From contig JBBMKC010096967.1 in NCBI GenBank assembly GCA_037834085.1, positions 1 through 38,187 of the forward strand: DNA of 38,187 nt. The letters are read 5' to 3'. This stretch comes from Bipalium vagum. Taxonomy: Eukaryota. Shown here in pieces: positions 12,507 through 25,084 of the stretch (positions are counted from its first letter, which is position 1; each line of letters opens with the position of its first letter). The notes under the pieces are model-generated. The model was given only the letters and a program-made list of their open reading frames with translations, searched no databases and was not told where the DNA came from. A program made the translations under genes and the position numbers.

Positions 12507-12621
12507 TGTGAGATATATTGAAAATTAGTCGGGGTATGTAGCTCAGCGGTTAGAGCAGTGCATGCGCATGTAAAGGTCCCGGGTTCGAATCCCGGTATCT
12601 CCGATTAATTTTCAACTAACA
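12507..12621 (+). mobile_element. Solo LTR (115 bp) of a tRNA-Ala-derived TRIM retrotransposon
   Basis: Begins TGTGAGA and ends AACTAACA (TG...CA). It is flanked by the exact 5-bp direct repeat TAAAT (12502-12506 and 12622-12626). It aligns end to end with both LTRs of the element at 27311-27571. Confidence 0.9.
12531..12603 (+). pseudogene. tRNA-Ala-like sequence inside the solo LTR, probably not a functional tRNA
   Basis: Sequence GGGGTATGTAGCTCAGCGGTTAGAGC...AGGTCCCGGGTTCGAATCCCGGTATCTCCG. The D arm/A box (TAGCTCAGCGG), T arm/B box (GGTTCGAATCC) and the G3:U70 Ala identity pair are intact. However, there is an extra T in the acceptor stem, G73 instead of A73, and no canonical 5-bp stem plus 7-nt loop anticodon arm (TGCATGCGCATGTA; CGC-like). 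Confidence 0.85.
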
Positions 12622-13976
12622 TAAATGATTATTAAATAAACTTTTATATAACAAAAAAGAAATATTATCATTTTAATCTTAATTTTAAAAATATTAATTT
12701 AATTTAATGATATGTTTATCATTAATATTATTTTTTATTTTATTTTTATTATTATTATTTATTTTTATTTTATTTATTTTATATTTTATTATTTATTTTA
12801 TTATTACTATTATTATCGATGTTTGTTTAAAACTATGATTTCCGCTGAGAGCGGTAGCTTTATACAATACTTCGTTTGATTCAAAAAGATAAAAATATTT
12901 GTTTATAAAAATAAATTTAATTATATTATTGAAGTTTTTCGACATAAGTCAGACTTCATTAAAAATTAATAAAACATGTGTTATTCCATTGAGTAAAAAT
13001 GATTAAATACAATTATAAAATAACAAAAATCTCACCACTATTTCTTTCAAAATATTATTATTTTCCACATTATATTTTCATTAATAAAAATAAAAATAAT
13101 AAAAATAATATCAATTACAATAATTTGCTTATATTTTCGATAATAATTCCACTCAACGAACCATTCTGCTTGCAGGACATTGAGCTCGAAATTGTTGATA
13201 ATAATTTATAAAACATATAACCCTATATTTATTAAATGTTATGAAAAATATTTTTGAAAAAAAATTACAAAAAATAAAAAAATAGTTATTTAACGACCGT
13301 TACCTGATCTAATTCGCAACGATGTTCTTAGCAGGAATAAATCAATAATTCAGAACAAATAAGAATGATAATTTTACACATGGTTGACAAAGAAAATAAG
13401 TGGATTTCGAAGGAAAATGTACGAAAAACTTTTCAAATAATTTTTATAATTTTTGTTAATTATTTAATAAATAAAATTAAAATTATTTCTTTCTCTTTTC
13501 TCCCAATAATGAATCAATAGAAAAATTTAATTTAATTAATTTATTATTAGTTTATTGAACAATATTAATATAAAATTATTTTAATTTATTTTCAAATTGA
13601 AAAAATCAATAGTAAACTGTTTTTGAGAAATAATTAAAAATATTTCAATTATTTTTTTTAATATTTCACAAATATTTATTTTTGAAAAAAAATGTTTAAG
13701 ACGTAAAAATATTATTAAAATTTTTCTTTGACATTTTTGAATAATATTTGGTAAAATATCGTAACGGTTAACAGAGATAATGAAAATTGTTATGTAATAT
13801 GGGTAACATGGAAAAATTTCTAACATCTTCACAGATGAAAATATCCTAGCCAACATAAATGAAAAATGAGGAGGAGCAGTTCCTCTTTTCTGTTCCCAAA
13901 TAGAAATGAAGCCATATAATTAGGTATTATCCTTAAATATTTTCAATAATAAATTTTATATGAGATCAGTTATTTT

Positions 13977-14127
13977 NNNNNNNNNNNNNNNNNNNNNNNN
14001 NNNNNNNNNNNNNNNNNNNNNNNNNNNNNNNNNNNNNNNNNNNNNNNNNNNNNNNNNNNNNNNNNNNNNNNNNNNNNNNNNNNNNNNNNNNNNNNNNNNN
14101 NNNNNNNNNNNNNNNNNNNNNNNNNNN
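13977..14127. other. Assembly gap
   Basis: Run of N. Confidence 0.99.
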
Positions 14128-14455
14128 GTTAACTGAAAAAATTAAAAACATTTTCCAAGTATTTATTTTTTTTATTACAATTGACCAAACGGGAATTCTC
14201 AATCCTATAAAATACATTTAATTTCTGCAAATGTAAATTAAGCTTGGTGGAGCTTTATAATTGATTTATATTTATTTTGCAAAATCTGATATTCAATAAA
14301 TAAATTAATATAATAAATAAAATTGTTTGTTTTTTGTTTTAAACTACCAAATTCAAATTATAATAATCATTTAAGTCGTTCTAACATAAATATCCAGAAA
14401 ATTAATGACTATTTAGGTAAGGAAAATTAATTGATTTAGATTGGTTATTTAATTA

Positions 14456-15083
14456 TTAGGTTGTTACATATGAAATTGCCGACTTTTTATCAACTATTTT
14501 TATATGCATTTTTTTATTAAAAGAATTTATTGAATTGTCTAATTTAATATATTAAATCGAAGATTTTTTGATATTTTTCTATCATATAATTCTAACTGTC
14601 TATTTGTACTTTTAGATTATTTGAATCTCAGAGCTGAAATAAAATAATGGCGACATATGAATTTCGAATAATTATGCTTCACAAATTATTAACCAATCAT
14701 TGGTCGAAGGGTTGACTTCGGAACACACTACTCGTTTTTTGTTTCAAAGTTTTCCGATGGTGACAATCAAAAAAATCAAAGTCTTGGAAATCAGAATCGT
14801 GGTCGCCCTGATTCTAAGAGCGATGATGATGATCAATTGAAACAGTTGGTTGAATCGAATATTCACACCACAGTTAGAGAGACTGGAAAAGAGTTAAATA
14901 TATCCATAGCACCTGTTTGACGTAAGCTGAAAGCAGTTGGAAAGATAAAAAAGATGAACAAATGAGTGCCTCATTACCTTAATGAAATTCAAAAAAATCA
15001 GAGATTTTTGCTTTTCATTGATTCAAATTTATAGTTTTTCTTAATTTAGACAAAAATCGGCAATGTCATACGTAACAACCAAA
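14456..15083 (+). mobile_element. Internally deleted (628 bp) mariner, cecropia-subfamily-like, with both TIRs
   Basis: The left TIR ttaggttgttacatatgaaattgccgactttt (14456-14487) matches the reverse complement of 15052-15083 with 4/32 mismatches. TA flanks lie at 14454-14455 and 15084-15085. It encodes MATYEFRIIMLH...RGRP...TTVRETGKEL...VGKIKKMNK*VPHYLNEIQKNQRF and then jumps to the 3' end, so the DD34D domain is missing. Confidence 0.9.
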
Positions 15084-15199
15084 TATAAATAACGAAATAA
15101 GACGAGAATCATCCAATATGTTGAGAAAAAAAAGAAATATTAAAATATTTGATAATAAGCTTAATATATTTATATTATAATTTTACAATTCATAATATT

Positions 15200-15340
15200 T
15201 GATAGGGCATAAATTATTCATCACACTGTACCCTTTCTGATTACCATCGGTTTTGAACGATAACCGAGCATTACTTTAAATTCTTGAAAGATATTAAAAT
15301 CGGTTTCCTGAGTTTAAAGATACAAAAGATGTTTACAGAA
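15200..15340 (+). mobile_element. Short mariner C-terminal fragment
   Basis: SDYHRF*TITEHYFKFLKDIK resembles the Mos1-type SDYHLF..M...L.EQ.F...E.VK. Confidence 0.4.
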
Positions 15341-16524
15341 CAACTTAAAGGTCCGAGTCATTTGTAATGTTGAATGTTACTTTGTACAATGTATCTTTAA
15401 CACTTAATATCTCAATAAGTTCTTTTTGAAACGACAATTGATAGAAGTTAAGATTTGGTAATTTGCTTATATGCATTAAAAGTATAACAATAACTTTAGT
15501 AACCTTGTCAAAGGATATGATTATTTGTTATCTGTGCTTATTTAATTGTTCTGTCTTTGACTATAATAAATACCGTCAAGTCAATTTTATTTTCGAAACA
15601 TTCTCTTTTTGATTCCTTTTCAAATGCACCACTTTATTTCTAATATTTAAACAAAATTGATAATTTTTAAATTATTTAATTATGACATTTTATAACTTTA
15701 TTGATTGTTGTTTTCTTTTTTTAGTTAAACTTTTACTTTGATTTGACTTTTAAAAAATTCTTTTAATGTATATATTGTTTGAATTTGCAGTTACTGTTAA
15801 ATTTTAATGAATACATTAATTATGAATTACTTTTAAACTCTAAAAGATTAGTTCAATAATATCCTCACAGTGAATAAGAAAGATTTAACTTGTTCTGTGG
15901 AATGCGAAATTTATAAATTTGTCAATAACTGCTCAGGTAGCGCAGACTTGAGTGTGTACGTGATCCACTAAGCAAGCAAACAATTTAGAAATTGTGGAAA
16001 AGTTTAAGATTCGCAATAGATAGAAGTTGACCAATCGCTGTTTAGGTTAATGAGATACCGTGTACCTTACTTACAGAATTAATTAATGATAACATAATTA
16101 TAATTTTAATAATTAATGAAATAGTTATACTTATTTTAATGATCTTAACTAGTGTAATCATAAAACTGTACAAAATGTGCGTTTTTGTTTTATCTAATTT
16201 CCAAAGGACCTTTTGACTTGTGGAATGTCAAACAAAAATTCGTAAAAAATTTTACTGTCTTAAAAGAATTGTATTTCTCAGCTTAATTGTATTGATCTTT
16301 CTATTTCTTTAACTTAATTACATTTCTTTCTTTAATTTTACCTTTGAGCACTCCATCAAATTTGTTCTTTTCATAAAGATTTTATTAAGCACATTAAGAG
16401 ATGTTAATTAATGTCTCGAAAAATCTCAGTTTTCCTTATTATTTTTCTATTTTCATTTTTTTTATAAAAGAAGAAAATAATATTTTGGGTATGAAGGTGA
16501 ACTGAAACAACTGAACAATAATTA

Positions 16525-16845
16525 TGATCAATGTCGAGTTCCTTTGCCTATTCAGCTGTTCTATCCCGAATACGTCGATACTGAGAGACAAATAATTCCT
16601 TCATCACTTACCCAACTGACAAACTTAATTTCCAGTTCTGGCCAGAAAGGTTTTCGACCGGCACCTGCCTTTCTTACTCTTTTCTTAACTTTTGAATTCA
16701 TAATAGCATCTTTGTGTTTTCATCTTAAATTTTTCATATCTATTTTTAAAGTACGCGATGCTTCCGAAAAATTGTCTTTTGACAACTTCAATGTTTTTAA
16801 CTCATCTCTTTTTTGGCCAACAGTATAAAACATTCTTCTGTTCAT
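16525..16845 (-). mobile_element. pogo-like transposase N-terminal remnant (Brinker-type DBD plus CENP-B HTH)
   Basis: MNRRMFYTVGQKRDELKTL...NFSEASRTLKIDMKNLR*KHKDAI...AGAGRKPFWPELEIKFVSWV carries the typical pogo/Tigger signatures Y...K...A.R.F.I....R.W and GR...PELE..L..WV. Confidence 0.75.
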
Positions 16846-17008
16846 TTGTAAATTAAACTATCAACTTAAGGTAAATTCAATTTGAATGCTTATATTTAAT
16901 TGGGTTACTTTAGAGAACTCCGGTAAATCTTAATTAATTATTATATAATTATAAATTTATTTTACAAAAAATATTGTACTTCATTAGAGTACTTTTAAAT
17001 TATTGTGA

Positions 17009-17139
17009 NNNNNNNNNNNNNNNNNNNNNNNNNNNNNNNNNNNNNNNNNNNNNNNNNNNNNNNNNNNNNNNNNNNNNNNNNNNNNNNNNNNNNNNNNNNN
17101 NNNNNNNNNNNNNNNNNNNNNNNNNNNNNNNNNNNNNNN
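17009..17139. other. Assembly gap
   Basis: Run of N. Confidence 0.99.
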
Positions 17140-18812
17140 TTTTAAAAAGAAAAGTAAAAGTTTTAATTCATTTATTTATTTATTTTTCTGTTTATTTAAA
17201 AATAAAATTAGCAAATGTCTAAAATAAAGAAGTACAAGATGGAATCAGATTTAATCAATTGAATTAATGCTATTTTGTATGATTATTATCGATTTTATGT
17301 CTTACAAATAAATTAATTCGTATGGAAATATTAATAAATAAAATAATTATCTTTGGAATTTTCTAAAAAAAAAGGTTATAAGATATTTATTAAATTAGAT
17401 ATTTTAGAATTTATTTATTTATTTAATCTTGAAACCATGGAAGTGTTAATATTTGGTCAAAAATGAAAAACATTTTAATAATAGTAAGGTATAATAAAAA
17501 ATTATAATATTAATATAATAATAATATAATTATTTTATAACAATAAATAAATAAATAATAATAATACATGGTAAATAGAAATATTCTAAAAATAGTAACG
17601 TCGTATTCATGATTTGTCCAGAATTTTTTTTCATTCATTTCATTTCATATATAATTATTAATTAACTTTTGCGCCACCCTGTAAAAAAAAATATATAATA
17701 ATAAAAAAATAATATATAATATATAATAATATAATAATACAATATATATAATAATACAAAAAATAATAAAATGGTATATTAATATTAATATTATTTATTA
17801 TGATTATTATTAGTGTTATTATTATTTTCATTATTGCATATAATATAACTATTATTATTTTAAATAATATAATGATTTAAACAAAACCTAATAATTTTAA
17901 AAATAATATATATATATCTAAATAGCTCCGAATGATTTCAATATTTTTTTCAAAAATAAATAAAATAAAAATATAAATTATTTTATGAATTTTTTTTATT
18001 GAAAATAAATTTTCTATACTTTCTTTTCATAATTCTCTATCTTAACTGCCTAATCCAGTCTCATTTCCGTAGTAATCTTATTTTTTCATTAATTACTCAA
18101 TTGTTTTTCATTAGGATTATCGAGTCTTATTATAAATAACTATTTCTAATAAATAATTGCTTGATCATTTATACATTTTTCATTATTTATAATTAAAATT
18201 AGCGAACAAACAAAATATGTTCTCATCGATATCGCAGCAAATATCATTTCAGCATTTCTAATTTTTCGAAAAGAACTTTTGTTGAACCTCCGATTAAATT
18301 AATTTCCACATTTATTTTCATTGATTAAAGTGATTAATTATCAATTTTATTTCATTATTTCTGATGATTTCAGAAAGAATTTTGTTTTAACCAATTATCG
18401 GTAATTAATAATGTAATTTATTATGACTTTTTATGATTCGTTTGTTTTTGTTGAAAAATCACAGTTATATTGATTTAATTTAATTAATCAAAATTAAAGG
18501 ACATATTTCATTAAATCAACAGACCTTTTTTTAAAATTATTATTAATAATAATAATTTTTGCAAAATGGTAATTAGACCGATGGGATTGTTTTAATATTT
18601 TTTGTCATAAATATTATCAAAGTTAATATTTATAATAATAATTTTAATTATAATAAACTTTTTTTTTTCAAATAATGATGAATTATATAAAATAAAAATT
18701 TTAATTATTTTTATAATATATAATTTATTATTATTTTATACTTTTTCATCTTGTCATAAATGGTAATAAAATATTTTTCCTTTGTCTGTAGATAATAGCT
18801 AATTTTTATTAA

Positions 18813-19945
18813 TTAGGAAGGCTGCTTGAAAGCTTTATTTAAAAATAAATGAAAAGTATGTAATTGATTTTAACAATTCCTCTTTAATATTAACATATTT
18901 ATAATAACGTTTCCATATTTAAAGTCATTTATTTAACTTATTCTTTTTAATTACACTAAATGGTATTTATTCTAAATGGAAAAACTGTATTGGTGGATCT
19001 TAAAATTCTTTACATTAGATTGATTATTGAAAACAGAAATCCATAAAAGATGGTAAAAGTATTAAAAGAATGTACTCCTTCTTCTTCAACAGTTCACAGA
19101 TGGACTGTGTAGAATCGACGTGGTCATACTATGATTAAAGGTAGTCTAAACAGCAGACCCCCAAAAACTCCGACATCATAAAACATTATTTAAGTCATCC
19201 CATATATGGTGTGGATGATAAACAAATAAAAGTGTAAGAAATAGGTTCTGCCATAGACATTTCAATTGAACGTGTTTGGCATATTTTGCATGACATTTTG
19301 TGTGAGATGGGTGTTGCATCTGCTAACGATTGATTTTATCACAATAAACAAATTCGGAATCCATTTAGTTTCTATGGATGAAATCTCGACCCACAAGTAT
19401 TTACCAGAGGCATAAAGCTGTTCAAATGCAGCAGAAAGGATCAATATGGCTTTTCAGCAGGCAAGAAATGGTATCTGTAGTTTTTGATGCAAAGTGGATT
19501 TTGTTATTACTTGTTGAGAAAGAAAAAAATCAATTCTAAGTATTATGTGTCTTTTGGATTCATTTGGTGACAACATTCGTGGAAAAGCCACCAGATTTGA
19601 AGAAGAAAAGATCATTTTTCTACAAAAAAATGAATCCTCTCACCAAAGCTTTTGACCATGACAAAATTAAATGAATTTGAAGCACCACTCATCTTTTCAC
19701 TAGATTTTGTTCTATCGGACCTCTTTCTTTAACGTTAGTCTTATAAAAAATACTATCTCGAAAACACATTCGTGATAATCAAGAAACAATCGATGTTGTA
19801 GATATCTATTTGGCAAGCCTTTGGTGAAACGTTGGACTAAATCAGTAGAGCTAAACGAAGACTGTAGAAAAATAATGTGCTTTTTAAACAATGAATGTCG
19901 TTCTATTCTTTTCATTTTCAAACCTTTTCAAACAACGCTCGTGTA
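18813..19945 (+). mobile_element. Heavily degenerate near full-length mariner (irritans/Himar1-like)
   Basis: Fragments MEKL..LKFF, MVKVLKECTPSSSTVHRW..RRGHT..RPPKT, IGSAIDISIERVWHILHDIL, LVSMDEISTHKYLPE, FDAKWIL, DLKKKRSF and KRWTKSVELNED. Decayed TIR-like ends at ~18813-18837 and ~19920-19945. Confidence 0.8.
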
Positions 19946-20545
19946 AGTAATTATATTTTAAATAATGAAATAAGAGAATATCTTTAATTCATGAAGAACG
20001 ATTTTATATATTTTCATTTCTGACCACAATTGCAAATGTTTCAATATGTAATGCACATTTTAGAAGACCCATCATTACCTAACACATCCTAAAGGTAAAT
20101 AGAAGTGATAAAGAAGTGATCCATTAAAAATGTGATCCATTTAATGCATTCCTGTTATTATGGGAAATATTGAAAGTCATTTTCACAAAATTCTGTTTAA
20201 TTGAAATATAATACAAAAGGACCAGACAAAATCTCAGAAGAAACTCAAAACGAATAAAAGATGAACAAACAAAAATGGCAATTTTAGATTGGGATTGATA
20301 AAAAAGTTAATGATTGATTTTTATTACGGCTCAGTAAAACAAGAAAATATCTTTTATAATATAATTTAATAATTTTGCTAAATATAAATTCATAAAAGTC
20401 GCGCAGGATATTGACTATTACCGATTCCAAATTAAATAAATCAATACATTTGAATATATGAATTTAAAGGTTTTATATTACAGAATTTAATTTCCTGCAT
20501 AAATTATGGTCTCGTTTATTTTCATTTAGTATTCGTTCCTATATT

Positions 20546-20900
20546 ATGAGTGGAGAAAATTCGAATCATTTAAGATACATGGAATAAAGACCTCAATCCC
20601 AAAGCTGCAACTGAATAAATATGATCAGTAAAAATGAATGTTATGATCGGTATACGCACAGCGTCTATTTGATTTAAGCGTCTCTACGACGGAGATTTGT
20701 CAAAATTGGATATACACTGTTCCGGTCGACAATCCTTGATGAAAGACAAGGCTTTACAGACAATAGGGGTAAATAATCGAGATAAAAGCACAAGAAGTTT
20801 ATTAGCAACACTTGTAAAATCCAAAAATTTTATTTTTACTTATTAGAAGTGGAAAGATTAAATAAATATGTTGGCGTAAAACTTCAATGACTTGATTGAT
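20546..20900 (+). mobile_element. Mariner N-terminal remnant
   Basis: MSGENSNHLRY...PKAATE*I...IRTASI*FKRLYDGDLSKLDIHCSGRQS...DKSTRSL follows the mariner HTH / WF.RF..GD...D..RSGRP pattern. Confidence 0.65.
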
Positions 20901-21379
20901 GACTGAAACATGTTCGTACTACAAAAATAATCTTCCATGACTTATAAAAGTGGGAATACCTTGTGATCAGAGCATTAAAAGAAAGCCTCAGCTGTTCGGT
21001 GTTTATTAATGGTTCGATGACAGTCGTCTTGAACGAATTTCCAGTTGACATGATTGTCGAAGTTCAGGAGACAATATAAATATATATTTCCATTGTGAAG
21101 TTAGATAAACATTTACGGTTATTAAATTATGATTAATGAAGAAAAGTGTTTGGAACTGAATAAAGATTGCATCATCAATGCAACATATTTCTGGTCTTGT
21201 GGTTAAATCACTGATTTATGACATTTGATGTCTTTTATTTTTGTGGTGTTCAGGTTGACGCAATCTTCTGATTACATTTTAAATTATCCAATACCCATAA
21301 AGTTCGAAGTTGTCTCTTACCTAAGGAATTATGATTAATGAAAAGTTAAGGAATTTTTCAGTGAATTTTATTGGTGAAT

Positions 21380-21603
21380 ATTGTAAATTTTTTTTAAAAA
21401 TGTCAATAAACTCCTCAGTTACGATTCACGCACAGTCGAACACAGTAAATTTTGAATTTAATAAGCCTTTGATAAACTGTACTTTTCAATGGGGCCTTAG
21501 TGCCGAATCATATATTAATCGATTCAAATCTCGTTAATTTCTGAATTGATTATGGAAATTATGAGTCATTCATTTTCTTTTGACAAATGTATGTCTTCTC
21601 CAT
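21380..21603 (-). mobile_element. Mariner N-terminal remnant
   Basis: FGTKAPLKSTVYQRLIKFK...IVTEEFIDI resembles FGDEAPSKTTVY.WF.EF...VT.ENID.V. Confidence 0.55.
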
Positions 21604-21959
21604 TTTTGAACTGAACTGATTATTTCAACTGATAAAATCATTTTTTTTAATTCTGTCGCATGATTCTCTCCAAACATTTAAACGCCGATTTCTTGAAACT
21701 TTCTCCATTTCGTATATGTCTAATGTATGACTGAAAGTAATATATGGGTAAACGTTTTATTTTTTTACTTCTTATTGTTAGTAGGGTACAAAAAATCATT
21801 ATCAACCTCAAAAATTAAACAATCAATAGTTTCATAATTTTATGCTCATCTGTTTGCTGTAATGTCATCAAATTGAGCCAAATTATTATTCGTGTAATTT
21901 CGAATTGTTGGAAATCGCTGTTCTAATAATCGCTGTTCCAGTCAATGTTAAGATGGTCA

Positions 21960-22600
21960 CGAAACAAAGTTTGCGTTATTCTGTGCGGCTTGGATCTTAA
22001 AGATCTTTTCACAATTTTCATGAATTTCGTTGGGTTTCCAATATTTACAGATCTATTTTCTTTTTATTACTCTTCAAATTATGTCATCATCCTGCTTCAT
22101 TATCAACGTTAACGAAATATACATGTTGTACTGATCTATAATAGCCAGTACGTGTTGCTTTCTTCGCAAGGATTCTTTAAATTTCTAAACATTATTTAAT
22201 ATATTCATCTTTTCAACGATTCATCAGCTGACAACTTTATTGTATATTCTTTCGTTTATGAGGTGACATCTTTGTGGTTCCGGCAGATTTTGAACTGCCT
22301 CATAATTTCAGTATAAATCAGATATAATCTTTATAACATTTCCAGTTCCCGTATGTGTTAGAGATTCACATATTTCTTCCATTAACATTCAACTATTGGT
22401 TTTTGTAATCCATACCTTTCCTTCAATAAGTTTGACCAAGCTCTCTTCCAAAAGGAAATTAGTTTAAATGGTGTGCCTCTCCTTTCCACATATTCTTTAA
22501 TTTCATTTTCCTTACTCTGCCATTTATATTCCGCCTTTTTATGAACTTCATCTACTTCTCCCACCTTCCTTTTCTTTACATTTTTAGGTTCTTTAAAAAT
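21960..22600 (-). mobile_element. Degenerate Ty3/Gypsy LTR-retrotransposon integrase fragment
   Basis: Across frameshifts: LMEEICESLTHTGTGNV (HHCC zinc-finger region), FKICRNHK, and KQHVLAIIDQYNMYISLTLIMKQDDDII*RVIK...KYWKPNEIH, which resembles the rve core YIL.IID.FS.Y...WI..FG.P..I.SD. Confidence 0.7.
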
Positions 22601-23330
22601 CAATACTTTTAAAAATTAAAGGACCTAAAAATTAATCAAAAACAAATGTAACCCTAAATATTTTCAGCCCCATTATAAAAATCCAAAAAGTCCAAAATCT
22701 GTTTAAATACTCACATTAAAACCAAAATATTTCCTAAATCAAAAAATCGCTAAAACTGTTCATTTAAACAAATTAATCATCTTGGCATGATATTTATGTA
22801 TCTATCAAAACCCATATAAACACAACGGGGAAAAAAGGTAATATTTTGGTGGAAATCGTTTCTAAAGGAGAAAAAAAACGGTTCTGTGCAAATTGAAATT
22901 CCGAAAGGAGAAACATCAATAAAAATCTCCACTGTCAATATCCCATGGTTTTCACCGCGCGGAATTGTGGGCATATTACAGTCGAAATCGCTAAATTAAT
23001 TAGGCATATCGAATTAATTTCCCGTTTAATTGATTATATATTGTAAAATCAATGATGAATACATAAAACAAATTTCCTGGAGATGAAAGGCTTTGCGTGG
23101 TGCTGGAATATTTTTCAATGAAAATATCGTATTGTCATTAAAATGTGGAAATTAATTGAAATCCACGATTAAAGAATGCTGGGAAAAATAATTATTTTTC
23201 CGATAGTTGATTTTGTTCAGTCGACGTGAAAAAACAATTGGGAGAGCTTCAAAGTTTTCCCGTGGAAATTAAAACAAAAATCTCTCACCAATGACGGCCC
23301 AGCTTGTGAGGCTTTTGTCTCTTTGTTTTC

Positions 23331-23360
23331 TCGTTCGTTCATTCGTTCATTCGTTCGTTC
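23331..23360. repeat. (TTCG/TTCA)n tetranucleotide microsatellite
   Basis: tcgttcgttcattcgttcattcgttcgttc. Confidence 0.8.
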
Positions 23361-25084
23361 TTTTGTTTCTTTTTTTATTTTTTTAAAATTTTCTTTACAA
23401 CGAAAAAAACAGATCAGGAATTAAACGCTTGACAATGTCAACGGTGCATTTAATCAGGTTAATCGAAAATGATTATTTTTCCATCATGTAAATGGGGAAA
23501 AATTGTTTTTTAACCAGTCTTTAATGAACATCAAAATAGTAAATGTTTCCTTTTCTCTGACAGGCACTAGCGGTTTTTTCTTCTTAATTTTCTTTAGAAA
23601 ATTGAAAAAACCTTTTAGAAAAATGTTTTTTTGTTTTAATTTTTAGCTTAGATTATTAATAGACGTTACTATAGTGAGTTTATCTTTTATAATTTTACAT
23701 CAGTAAATTTTTTTTAAATTTAAAATTATAAAACAATTATGATTTTTCTTTTTCTCTTTTTTAAAACGACTTCGAAAAGAAAAAAAATTGATTTTTTTAA
23801 AATTTTTAGGAAGATTTTCTGTGATTCTATGAAAATATGGAGAGCAGCTGAAATAAGACTGAAAAAAATGTAGTTTTATTTCTGATAATAATCATATTAA
23901 ATATTATTTTTTTAAAGCAATGATATTGTAATATTTAAATATTTGACAAATCAAAATTGATTAAAATGAATAATTGATTAATTTCTTTTTAATTTTTTTC
24001 TTTATTCTTTTTTTTATTTTAATCAAGTGTAAATTATCTAAATTTTTTTCAAGAAAATCTAAACATAATTTTAAATATTATTATCAATTATTAAAAATTG
24101 AATTGATATTTATTTTCTTAGCCAATTATTTATTTTTATTTATTCTTTTATTAATATTTCATTTTGTTAAAACAAAATTTTCTGACATTTTTTTCAGATA
24201 AATAATAATGTAAATAACTAATACCAAAATATGTCATGATATGTCAATTCAGAAAAATAATTTAACCAAATAATTGAATAATTAAATAATAAAAGAATTA
24301 TTATCAAAATTTTTATATATTATCAATTGAAGTATGCTGTTAGAGAAAATGGAAATTTCTTTGAAAAAATATAAGAAATTATTTTTTCTTTTTACTTACG
24401 TAAAACAAAATTCAAACATAATAATACTGAGATATTATATTTTTAATATTAATCAATAAAAAATATGAAATAAATAAAGAAATAAATCTATAATCAATAT
24501 AATTGAAACATAAAAAGTTAAATTTAGAAATTTTAATTTTAATCGTTTAAAAAAAAAGGATAATCATCCATATAATAAGTAGGTTTAGAGAATATAACAG
24601 TTAAGGATTATGAAAGGTTAAATGGGATAATAAATAACTCCATGAGCCCGAGGGCCCTACCAACACGTGATGCATATCACTATTGTAAGGGAACTAAAGA
24701 GGATTTCTAAAGAATTTTTCAAAGAAATGTAATTAGTTTTAATGATTTCATATAAATAAATCTGCTGTTCCATTATTTATTTTTGCTTATTTGCTAAATT
24801 AAACTGTCATCCAATTTATTGACATATAACTATGACTTTCTTTTAATGGAAACAAAAGTCTCAGTATGAGTCTTCAATGCATTCCAATCGAGGTTTCAGA
24901 ACGACTTCAAGGTTTGGTTATTTTTTCAGATATCTCATCTCTTTAATATTCCTAACCGTCTTTCACATCATGAACGTTTTATACAACTCTTAAAATATTC
25001 TTAAATCATTGAGTCAATGTATAATTTCATAGGTCTAAGTATAAATATGTTTATCATAAGAATAAAATTTGAGTTTCTTTGTGA

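Noticed and set aside
12531-12603. Functional tRNA-Ala(CGC) gene
   Set aside because: The anticodon arm is aberrant, the acceptor stem is bulged and position 73 is G. It lies inside a TG...CA unit with a TSD that matches the TRIM LTRs.
12507-12621. tRNA-derived SINE
   Set aside because: There is no body or A-rich/simple-repeat tail. The TG...CA ends and the PBS/PPT-flanked second copy indicate an LTR element.
12842-12856. CCGCT-GAG-AGCGG hairpin as a Helitron 3' end (also hairpins at ~10937-10969 and ~32270-32305)
   Set aside because: No correctly placed CTRR terminus and no other supporting element structure.
16544-16828. 94-aa plus-strand ORF
   Set aside because: Antisense of the pogo-like remnant.
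13966-17222. ORFs spanning N runs (13966-14217, 16974-17222; also 37171-37520)
   Set aside because: Artefacts of assembly gaps.
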